Source: Chromera velia (taxonomy: Eukaryota). From it: a stretch of DNA of 49,220 nt. Below, one piece after another: positions 10,185 to 21,553 of this stretch. The position numbers and the translations under genes are program-made. The number at the start of each line of letters is the position of its first letter. The stretch's first letter is position 1. The stretch covers positions 1 to 49,220 of the forward strand of contig JAHBMJ010000381.1 of the NCBI GenBank assembly GCA_018398765.1, given 5' to 3'. The notes beneath the pieces are model-generated. The model saw only the letters and a program-made list of their open reading frames with translations. It was not told the DNA's origin and did no database searches.

Positions 10185-13100
10185 ATGGGGTCGCCCTCAA
10201 AGATGATGTTGGGGGGTGCCCTTCTGAGCTGCTTGCTCAGTGTTGCTTTGAGTTTTCCGACAACAGTGCAGCTCCCTTCGGGAGGACTGGTGAATGGTCT
10301 CCAGGACCCTGACGAAGCAGTAGTCGCCTTTAAAGGCATCAGATACGCATATGCTCCTCGATTCTCTAGACCCACAGTGCTCACACACAAAGATGGTGAC
10401 TCACCCATCGATGCCTTTGAGTTCGGAGCAGCCTGCCCTCAATTGTGCTCTCCTTCTTTGCCTTCTTGGTGGTGTGCTGAGAAGATCTCTGATGACTGCC
10501 TGTTCCTGAACGTTTGGGTGCCTGAAGGCGCAAAGGCTCAGGATGACCTCCCTGTCCTCGTGTGGATGCACGGAGGGCTCTTCCTGGCAGGGAGCGCTTC
10601 TCTGGACTCACACGATGGCGCTGCTTTCGCTGCAATGACAGGTCAGTCAATTTCTTTCGTTCAGCATAGCTTTTTTGTCTTGCCCCTTCTCCTGCATATT
10701 GCCGAGGAAGAAGTGTGGGCAATAAGTAGGAGGAAGAGAAAGTACATAGAACGGGCTCCAAGGCGTGTGTATGCGGCCCCTGCGGGATATGATGCACACC
10801 ATGCATACTCTAATCCCTCTACACTTGCTGGTATGAATTCTTTTCCTGACAGCATTAGTCAAAGGTCCCGCCTTCTCTCCCTCCTTCCTTCCCCAAGCTC
10901 TTCCATTGTCATATCATTTCTCTCTCCCTCATGCCACCTTCCCCCCGCCCCGCAGTGCCTCTCTCCATAACCACCCTGGCCTCACTTCTCCCTTCCACCC
11001 AACTCAGCTGAACTTCTGCAAGGGCCTGGACTCCAAAAATGGTTTAGCATGCAGATCAAGTGACGCCGCAGATCCATGAATCAATCAGTCCTTGACAACA
11101 CCTTTTCTTTTCCGCAGGTGCCGTTGTGGTGACGATCAACTACCGACTCGGTGTAACGGGTTTCCTTACTACCCATGAGTGGCAAGGCGGGTTCGAGGGC
11201 AACAACGGGATCAGAGACCAACAGGCTGCTCTGAGATGGGTGCAGGATAACATCCAGGTCAGGGGGTCGATTGGTCGCTTGATCAGATTGCTTCAGCCTG
11301 TGTCATTCATAAAGCTACAAGCTGCAGCTGTGCTCGTGATTTTCATCTCCTCCTTCCACTTCCTCCTTTCTGCAGGCGTTCGGCGGTGACCCCTCGACCA
11401 TCACCCTGATGGGTGAGAGTGCGGGTGCCTCCTCGATTCTCTGTCATTTGGTGTCTCCATATTCCAAGGGCCTCTTCCACAGGGTGGTCATGCAGTCCCC
11501 TGCCATCCAGTCAACAAAGGACGTTGAGTTCTCTCAGAGAATGGGCGCAGCGACTGTGAGGTCCAAGTCTCTGAGGGACCACTGTGGCCCCCCCCCGAAG
11601 AGTATGTGGGACTATCTGGATGAGGTCGAGTATGAGAAGGAGTGGGGGAGTCCGAAGAAGGTGGAGGAGTGGATGCAGTGCGTGCAGAATGCGCCTCTGC
11701 CTTCGTGGCTCATTGCGGGGAGAGCAGGACGAACATGGGCCTCCATTCATGATATTTTCAACGCACTTCTGTCTTACGGGCCCGTAATTGATGGTGACGT
11801 CATCCCTGAAGACTGCTACGACGCCGTATCCGCAGGAAGATACGACCTGTCCATTCCCATCATCATCGGTACGTACGTGGAAGTTTTCAATAGATAAATG
11901 AAAAGGAGAAACCACAGTGAAGGGATCTGCGTGACGAATGTGTGTTTTACTTGATTTTTCAACGTGTGCCGTCTTTTGTCTCCTTTCGGAAAAAAGAGTG
12001 TCCAATTGTCCTCAATCCATCCCTCCGGGTTGCTTTCAGGAAACGACGGAGAAGAGGGACTTCCCTTCGTGCAGGGGGCCTACAGGATTCTTCCTTCAAA
12101 GTGGGTGAGTGAGTGAGTGAGTGAGTGAGGGAGTGAGTGAGTGAGGGAGTGAGTGAGTGAGTGAGTGAGTGAGTGAGGGAGGATGAAGAGTGGAGTCGCA
12201 GTGCATGAGAAAGGAAGATCAAGAACGAGGGAGAAAGACGTGAGGAAAGGAAAGGATCGAATTGACGGACAAGCGGTAGGAGGAGGAATTGGAGAGAGCG
12301 AGAGAGGCTCATGGGGGCATTGAAATAAATAGAAACAATGGGAAGGAATTGGAGGCTGCCGTTTACTCTTGGAGTAGCTCCGCATTCGTTTGCCAAGATG
12401 CTGTCGCCTCTGTCACCCTCTGATTGAGTTGAACCAAGCAACAGGATTTCTTGACGAACTGCACTGTACGCAGCTTTTTTTCTCTCATCTCTCGACTTAT
12501 TCATGTCTTTCCATCACTCAAACTACATGCATGCATGCATGCATCTCGCAGGTTTGCGGACAGACTGAGCAACGAATTCGGCTACGCACCTGGTACAAAA
12601 GATTTCGATAAGAGCAACAGGTCAGGCAAGAAAAGTCGGCGTGTACAGATGGCTGACGGTGCTTTTTTTTCATAGAGCTGACTTTCTGAACGCATTTGAA
12701 ATCCCCTTCGAGCAGCAGCTCGCTCTTGGGCGATCACAGTCTGTACTGAGTGAGTGATTTATCTCCCATCCCATTCATTCACTTTCTCTTCTGCAGGCTC
12801 CAGCACCTTCTTGCCCGTCTGGCTGTCCGTGTCCTCTGGGGAAAGGACGAGAGGGACAACATCCTGGGAGCCTATGGGGAGACGAAGGAGGAGATGGAAC
12901 CTCTCAGAAAGTCCAGCGAGGAGGAGTTCTGGGGACATGATTATTCTCAGTCAGTCAGTCAGTCAGGCAGGCAGGGAGGGAGGGGGGGAGGGAGGGAGGG
13001 AGTCATCCTTTGACAACTCTGCGAGACACGTTGTTAGGGAGGGTACATGCATGACCTTTTTTCCTCTGTTGATCACCTGCAGCCCTCTTCCCGAGCTTCC

Positions 13101-15655
13101 TACCGCCTATCCAGAGAGTCCCCAATCGCATCCCCTCTCGGCATCATCTGCTCATGTGCCCAGCCTTTGCAATGGATCCGTGAGAAGAGGGAACGTTTTT
13201 ATTCATTTCCTGCCTGTCGGCCAGCTGGCTGGCTGGCTGGCTAGCTGGATAGCTCAGTGTGTGGACAGATATGCAACAGGAGTATGGGGGGATGTCTATA
13301 ATGACTGCCTGCAGCTACACCCCCGAGAACATGGGAGACGATGCTTGGGACTATGTGGACTTTGAGGAAGAGGGATTTGAGGACCTCGACTTGGAGGTTT
13401 GTTATTTCGTTCGTTTCTCTGTTTGTTTGTTCTTTAAAAAATCTCCTTCCTTTTTGTTTTCTGCCCCTCCTGTTGTTTTTGGTGGTCAGCATGGCGGGTG
13501 ACTTTGAACAAATACAGGGGATGGCAGAGATTTCATAGTCTGAGCTCAAGGGGTCGCACTGGGTGATCGACCTTTGTTGTCCGAGGGTAGACTTTGTTTG
13601 GGTTGTTTCCTTTTCCCTGCTTGCCTCTGTATGGAAGTAAGTAAGGCAAACGACCAGGACAAACTTGTTGGTCTCGTACTTCATTTTGTGATTCTTCCAC
13701 ACTCTGCTGCAGTTTGACGAAATTGCCCTTGAGCAGAGCGCTCTTGGAGATAAGGGGGTCGGGGACCTCACCAAATTCTCCCCCCACACAGACTTTATTG
13801 CAATGACCCCCCAGTCTCTTGACGGAGACCCTGAGGACGTTAGAGAGAAGAGATCGAGGTGGGAAAGGATACATGTATTTGTGTTCCGTAGGTGAGAGTA
13901 AACAAGTTTCATGTGTCTGTATTCGCAAAGCTTGAAGATTGAAAGAACATTAGAGAAAATAGGGAAAGACGGGATGCAAGCGAGGCGAGAGGGGAGGTCT
14001 CAACAAACAAATAAGTATAGACTGAAGGAGGACGAGCTAAAAGTCAGGAATCCCAAATGGGACGTTGATATCGTGCTTTCTACAAAAAATAACATGCAAA
14101 GCATGCGTACCACTACGAAGCTTCTACTGTGGTACAATTCGGGCTGCACCACGGTGTTTAGTACACCGTAGGCTAACAGCATATATTGCATGTGCATTCC
14201 AAAAAACAGTAAGTGTATGCATGAACGCGTATGGGTGATCGGCCTCCCCTCCACCGTGCAGGTTCCTGGAGCGCGCCTATGGAGACTACCTCTTCTCATG
14301 TCCCGCTAGGTCCCTCGCTAGAGGCGCCACTGAGGCAGGAGGCACTGTGTACCTCTACACAATTCCTCAGGGCTTTGACTGGACACGAAACCTCAGACAC
14401 CAGTACTGTCCCACTGAGAACAGATTCGTCGGAAGCAAAAGACCTGTGATGGACGTCGGCTGTGTGACCTATGCAGGAAGGTAAGTTTTGGGGTGGTTTT
14501 TCTTTCAGTGAAACAGCAAGAAATTGATTTGGACTTCCCAGTTCGCCTTTTGGGCAGACCCGAAGGATAAGGACGGAACCAAATGAACTTATGATGATCT
14601 TCATAAGTTTATTTTTTTCCTCTGAATGAACTGCCTGCAGATGTTCCCAGCTGCCCTACGCATGCCATGCCGAGGAGATCACATGGTTCTTCCAATCTGG
14701 AAAGAAATTCATTCAGGACGAAAAGGGGCAACCCTATGAGGGACCGGAGTTCGAGAGGGCTGCTGCAGAGGAACACGCACAGTTCATTGCGAACTTCGCT
14801 CTTACGGGTGGGTCTGTCTGAATGCATCCCATGCCTCTCTTCCGGTTCGTCACTCTCTTTAGCTGCTTGCGCCTGTCTTCTGATGCGCGTTTTTGTCCCT
14901 CTGCGTATGCATTTATCTGTTCTTTTTTCGATTTCTTCATTGCATCCTGTTCCCCTTCACTGCAGGAATCCCGGCAAGTGCCGCAGCGGGCCACTGGCCC
15001 GCCACCACTGGAGCCACCCGCAACATGTTCGGTGTGTGGCAGTTCGGGGGCCGCAACGCCGACGCATTTAAGGTCTTGGGGGTGCCCCAGGGTCCTGTGC
15101 TGTCGGACTATAAGAAGGAGGTATGTGTTCATATGGATGCGTATGGATGTGTGAAGCCTTCTTTTTTCTTCTTTGCCTGCCTCTTTCGTGCTTTCTCGCA
15201 CCGAATCTTGACACAGACAGAAGAGTGTTTTACGGAACGGTGAGTTCTCGTGTGTGCAGGTATGCGACCTCTGGGACGGTCTGTCTCCCTCTTACAGTTG
15301 GAGCTGGATGGACAATTTTTGGGACAGACTTCGGAGAGACGACAGAAAGACGATGAGAAGAATTGCAAGCAAGGTGTTGAGGAAAGTCGCCAACCGGGTG
15401 GCAGAGAAAATGGGCAGCGGGGTGTCTCACAGGTACAACGCCTTGGGTGCAATGAAGATCGACTGTCGGAGGGTGGTGTATGGCAGTGGGGGGGCTGTTG
15501 GGAAGAAGGGATACGTGGAAGTGACCCACGGACACGGGGGAAGGGGGGGAACAGTTGTTGACGAGTGCACAGGGGACAAGCCTTTTGACACAGTGGAGGG
15601 GCACTTTGATGGGAAGCTTCTGTTCAGGGGGAAGCGGAAGGGGGACGAGGACTGA
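10185..15655 (+). CDS. Secreted type-B carboxylesterase/cholinesterase-like alpha/beta hydrolase, ~13 exons, ~894 aa
   Basis: In-phase exons 10185-10641, 11118-11257, 11376-11868, 12040-12100, 12552-12620, 12797-12953, 13083-13179, 13269-13396, 13713-13858, 14262-14480, 14641-14807, 14966-15120, 15260-15655 (middle exons less certain). Signal peptide; motifs [31 protein letters not shown]...GESAG (Ser), GNDGEEG (Glu), [15 protein letters not shown] (His), ANFALTG, CDLWD. Confidence 0.9.
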
Positions 15656-17414
15656 AAAACACACTGCCTGCGTGCGTGCGTGAGTGACTGACTCCGTGAG
15701 TGAGTGTGTGAAGGTCAAAAACACCACCTCTGCTTGACGGCAGGAGAAAAGGGTAGTTTAGAGAAGGCATTCACGTTTTTTCGCTTTTTGATCAATCGAT
15801 GCGTGAATGAGTGAAGTGCATGAATGGGTGTGAGGGTGCATTAGCATTCATGAGAGGGATCTAACGCGATCCGACGATCTTTGCGGAATTCGGAGAGGTT
15901 CTCTTTCTGATGAAGTTTGTGCGTGTGGTGAGGCACCGCGTGCGTTAGTGCATGCATTTAGTCAGAGGGCTTCCCGTATCTGTTAGGCCGTTCAACTATG
16001 TGTAGTTTAAGTGCGTGCTTTATACTGGCAAATTCACGGAGGCAAAGGCGATTTCTCTGACATATCGCTATTTTCTTAAGCCCTATGCCCGGCTTAATGA
16101 ATGATCGACTCTGCTTTTTCCCCAGTTTGCTCCTGAGTTTGCAAAAACCTTGCAGAGTGTTGATAAACGCTTCTAGTAAACGCTTATACTGTTATACACC
16201 TAGTTATACACATCTTTTCTATAATTTGAATAGATATAAATTATAAGTTATAACAGCAAAACTAACAGCAAAAACCCGTATATAAAAAATATATAATCAT
16301 CATGATCATGATACGCTAGATCATATACATTACAAAAATGGGTTAACTTTGAAATTCCCCGGGAATTTAGTGGAATTTCATGGAAGTCGAGACCCGGCAG
16401 TGGACCATAGACAATGGACCGTGGGGTAACCCGGAACATAAATCCTATCCCATCCTACTTTTAGAATTCAGTAGAATTTGGTGGATTTTAATTAGTGGAA
16501 TTTACTGTAGAATTTACTCCTCTAGAATTTCTTTAAATTCCGTGTACTAAATTCCATAAACTTTGGAGGCTTGTTTCTCGCCATCTAGAAAGAGTTGAAC
16601 GTCCAAATTAACAGTGGTTATACATCTTATAAAGTCCTATAACTGCAGTAAATTTTGACTCCTAATTCTTTTTAGATCGCAAGGAAAAAAGCCTCCAAAG
16701 TTTATGGATAATTTGCATGTGGCCCGGGAATCTATAGACGAGCAGATTCCTAGAGATTACTTAGTCTAGTAGTACCCCATTTCCTAAGTTGGGGCCCAAT
16801 TTCTGAAATCTAAATCAAATTTCAAAAAGAAACTCTAGAAGAAACTTTGAAAAAAATATGTAATTAACGCGTTTCTGCCTGTTTAAAACGGCAGTAAAAC
16901 CAATTTTACTTGCACTGACAATCTTAAGCAAACAGCGGTGACAAAGATCTGATCCTACTAGACCCGCACTTTCGGAGAGCAATCTGGAGAACAATGCATT
17001 AGTAGGGACGCAGCGATACTCAACGAAATTGCCCATCGACAGTACATAGGGAGAGGCAATGCGCTTTCATTCTTTCCGCCTACAAATGGCTTTTTGTCTA
17101 GCTTTTTGCTCACATCGATGAATTCATTCCACCAAAGCCGGGCAACATTCTTCGTACTCCAACAATTCACAGGAAGGATGAAGAAGGACGGCCAGTCTGC
17201 TGGAAACAAACAACAGGAGAGGGAAGGGTGTCTCTCGCCCTGAGGCTTTTTTCTTTTGTCTATTCCTCCACCTTCCATCTGCATCACTTTGCATCTCTGC
17301 CAGACCGTCGAGTCAGAAGGAGGAAGATGCAGGGGTCAAGTATGAAGACAGAGTGATGCAATGAGGGAGAACAAATTGAGCACACGAGAAGAGAACGAGC
17401 TACGATTGAATTAT

Positions 17415-17953
17415 CTAAATTCCCTTCATCACTTTCATTCTCGGGTTTTTCCTTTTGTTTTCTTTCTTCTCCTTCTTTTCATCGAATTTGCGTCTTTGTT
17501 CTGGTGTCATCTTCTCATACGCCTCCTCTTCCTCTCTCTTCTTCTCCTGTCTCTTCTTCTCCTTCTCTTCCTCTCTCTCCTTCTCCCTCTCCTTTGCCTG
17601 CGCCTCCATCGCTTTCTTCCTCACGTCCGCCTGCTGCTGCAGCACCCGCGGATCCAGGCGGATGGCGGCCACTCGGTCCACCAAGGTGAAACAAAAGGTG
17701 AGTCCCTCAACGAGCTCCTCCAACCCCCTCCCTCCCCTCACAGCGCCAGGAGGAATCTTCAAGAGGACCTCCACCAGTCGGAGAGGACTACCTGTAGAGA
17801 GTGAGAATGTGGATGTACGAACGTGTCTGTTTGAATGGGTGAATGTGAGTGAGTCTGAGTGTGAGGGAGAGTGTGAGTGTAAGTGAGAGTCTGAGTGAGA
17901 AAAATCGTGAAGATGGGCATCTCTCTCCCTTGTCTTTTTCTCCTCCTCTGCCG

Positions 17954-17992
<39 letters not shown>

Positions 17993-18919
17993 GCAGAAAG
18001 AAAGGACGGAAGAACGAACACACAAAACACGAACACACCACGAACGAAAAAACAAAAGAACGAAAGACGGAACCGAAGGAAGGAAGAGAGAATGGAACGA
18101 AGAGAGAAGGGAAGGGAAGAAAGAAACAAAAAAACAAACAAAGACCGATACCACACTGGGTCAATGGAAAGACCTCAAAGGATTTCAACAAAAAAAACAA
18201 GGAGAAATGTAAGTATGGAGAAGAGCAAAAACAAAACCGACCCGAGAGAGACCCCGCGATCGATGACGACCTCTCCGCAGAAGCCGAGACCCCTGCTCCT
18301 GACATGTTCAGACCAGAAGAGGATGGCGAGGTCTGTCTCTGCAGTGCTGTTCCAGGAGAGGGTGCAGAGGGCATCCCCACGGCCTCAGAGGAGACGATCA
18401 AGTGCTGGATCAAACGCTCGTGCTCGGCCAGACCTTTCACAATCTGCACGGAGGGAGAGAGACACGCGGGGGGCGGGCAGAGCAGTCGGCATTCATCAAG
18501 CAACACTCGGGGACAAGTGAGCAATTAGGTCCTGTGCACACCCGCCGAATCGAGATGGTCTGAATTTTGACTTCCCTTTCACTCTTTACACAAACCGGAA
18601 TGGAGCTTGACGGCCCCCCTCGATCACCCCAGAGGTCTCTGTGCTCTCTTTCATTATCTGCATGCGTCTTCACTCTCCCTCTTTAATTTTCTTCCGTCAA
18701 CATCAGAACAAACGAGAGAGACGAACAGAACAAATCGACTGAGTGAGACGGGAGCATCGATTTTGCACGTGTGTGTCACTTTGAGTGAGAACGATTCCAA
18801 CATGAATAAGCGAAATGTCGGCAGCTCCCCCGTTCTTTACTCCACCCGACTGTCCAAGCAATTGGACTGCGAGCCCTCTCTCAACGAAAAGAATGGTGAA
18901 GACGGGCATTCCTCTCCCT

Positions 18920-19001
<82 letters not shown>

Positions 19002-20748
19002 CTTGCGTGTATGTGTGTCTGCGTGTGAAGGTGTGAACCCCCCCCCCCACTCTTGCTCTCTGGCCTTTACACGAACAGGCACACCCACTCACGGTAATCA
19101 AACTGTAGCACGGGCAACAGCAAAGAGGATACAAGCAGGGAAAGAAATGGCAAAGATACACGAATGAAGCGAATCACTCGAGACATGCACAGAAAAAAAA
19201 AACACCAAAAAGACTACCGACCGGGTCAGAGAGTACCTTCATCATGCCCTCATGGTTGTCTGCCAGAACTGACAGAGACGATGGGAGGCCTGCAAACCCA
19301 AACCCAAACAAACAGACAAACAGCAAAAGGCCAATTCCAGTAACTCATCGGGATACTTGCAGCCCCCCCTGACATTCAAGTGAGGGAGGACAGGGCGACA
19401 GAGGAGCGGAGAGAGAGATCGAGAGAGAGAAGGATTTGACAGATCTGTGGGGAATCTCGTTCTTATTAACAACCAGTGGACGAAAAACCAAAAAGCCGAC
19501 TATGCTCACAGACTGTATGTTTTTCTTCCCTCTCTTCTTCTTTGCACCGACACAGCCAAAAAGGAAAGGAAGAAGAGACCAAAGGTGGGTAGGATAAACA
19601 AACAAAAAGCTCACGATTCAAGCCAACAGGCAGACAGATAGACATAGACAGACCTGCCCTGGTTCTGCTCCTTGCAAGGTCCTTCAGGTCTATACAGTCC
19701 TCATGGAGCTTCTTCACGCTCTTGTTGCGACAGACCTGCAAGCACATGTACGGACATGGAGTGACGGGCTGCGGCAAAAGAACTTAAGTGTACAGCTGGC
19801 TCGAGAATTTGTGGAAAACAAAAACTGAATGCTTTCTCGCGGCACAGTTCATCTTCTTTCCTCATAAGTCCACTGTTCTTCCTTGCATGCACCTCTGCAA
19901 TACAGGTCTCAAATCCTCACCCTCCCATTTGGATGGTCTTTACTCCTTTTCCCGTTCACTTTCGTCGGGGCTAAAACAAAAGAAATCGAATTGGAAAAAA
20001 CAAAGCGAAAGTCGCAGTCACGCAGAGCGACACGCACACACCGACTCACCGCCACAACTAGTGGGTCCATCTGAGAGAGCTCAAATCGCAGTCGCAACAT
20101 GTCCCCCTGTGCCTGCCCGATGAGGCTCAAAAACACACTGGTCAGAAGATCCTGTCGGGGCTTCAGTTCGAAGGTACCAGTCACACAGTAGCAGTTCCTT
20201 CTCCCTGTGCAAAAAAATTCGTATGAGTCGTAGGAGACAAGCTCAAGAAAGTTCCCGCCCTCTTTGGTGTCCACGAAAGAGAAATTCTCTGCAAAAGACT
20301 CCCGAAGTCCCCTGGCGAGGCCTTCTGCTATTTTCTGATTCTCCCCGCTGCCCGTAAAGATCAGAACCAACGAGAGCACACACCACCCGAGGACCAAACT
20401 TTCACGCCAATAGAACGACATCATATCCTCAAAACTCATCGGAGGAGGGCGCGAATGTCCACCCGGTCGTCCCTGTCCCTGCGCCCCCCCTCCAGAAGGC
20501 ATACTGAAGGGAGGGTCGCCGTCTCCTCCGTATGAATTTTGTGTGTCCTCTTCAATGAACTGCACCGTGCCACCAGAACTGCTCTCATCCTCAGCAGCCG
20601 CTACAGGCAGAGGAAAAAAAGAAAAAGCTGGAGCTCTGCCCTGTCCTAAGGCATCCCGACTCAGGTCTGCGCAAAAGAAAATTACCACACAGACAACGCA
20701 GGACAGCAGAAACAGACGGGGTCGTAGTCCACGAGACGTCGTTTTCAT
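17415..20748 (-). CDS. CCDC47: PAT complex subunit CCDC47 (calumin/DUF1682) homolog, 5-6 exons, ~477 aa
   Basis: Exons 20748-20050, 19735-19654, 19289-19237, (18866-18846 microexon), 18443-18242, 17791-17415. N-terminal hydrophobic segment; TM followed by GSGENQKIA; YEFFCTGRRNC...ELKPRQDLL; charged coiled-coil tail ending KMTPEQRRKFDEKKEKKENKRKNPRMKVMKGI. Confidence 0.88.
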
Positions 20749-21023
20749 TTTCTGGTTCTGCGGAGCCGGCACACCTGTACACAGCCAGACACACTCTGGG
20801 CACAAGACAAAAAGACGAGCGCTGCGCTGCCAGAAAAGAGGGAGAGGAAAGATGGGGAAAGGGCGTTCCAATGAAAAAGGAAGCTAGGAGTGAAGATGAT
20901 CGATTGAAGATGAAAATCTATGAAAATCTCGACTCTCTGACAGCGCGAGATGCGCGCGGCACGCGAGGGCCGCCAAAAGCATGCATGCCAAAACTGAACG
21001 CGCACGCGCTTTTTTTTTCGTGG

Positions 21024-21104
21024 GTCGCGGAATGTCGCGGAATGTCGCGGAATGTCGCGGATGGTCGCGGAGTGTTGCGCAATATTGCGCAAGATTGCGC
21101 AAGA
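21024..21104. repeat. 10-bp-period tandem array in the divergent promoter region
   Basis: About 8 units grading from GTCGCGGAAT to ATTGCGCAAG; contains the perfect palindrome TTGCGCAATATTGCGCAA (21075-21092). Confidence 0.85.
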
Positions 21105-21553
21105 CAATCGAAGACAAGGGCGGAGATTTGCGGAGCATACATCGTTGTGCTACGTTGTGCTGCCAGCTCTCCGAGGTTGACTGAATTCCCGGTTGATTGT
21201 TTGAGCTTCAATGCTGAGCAATGAAGCCTGAGAATCAAATGAACTCAAAGAGAACAGCGTGATAAGAATTCGACCGACAAGGAACAATCCTGAGCCAGCA
21301 AGTGCGTGTCAAAGTCAACACAACAGCGAATCTCAGAGATTCAGACTGAGCACCGTACCTTTTCCTTTCTCCGTTGAAACCGTAAGTCTGTCGATTCCCT
21401 TCGGGTTGGCAGACAAGCGCACAGGGACGTCCTGTACAAAGTAAACCTGAATCCCATAGACGAGATCGACGGATCGACGAAGAACCAGTCTGTCCACCCA
21501 ACAAACCAAGCAAAAGAGCAACAGTCGTCAAACGAAAGAAAGAAACCGACCAA

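Noticed and set aside
21024..21104. CRISPR-like or iteron-like array
   Set aside because: Contiguous 10-mers without unique spacers, eukaryotic context, no cas genes.
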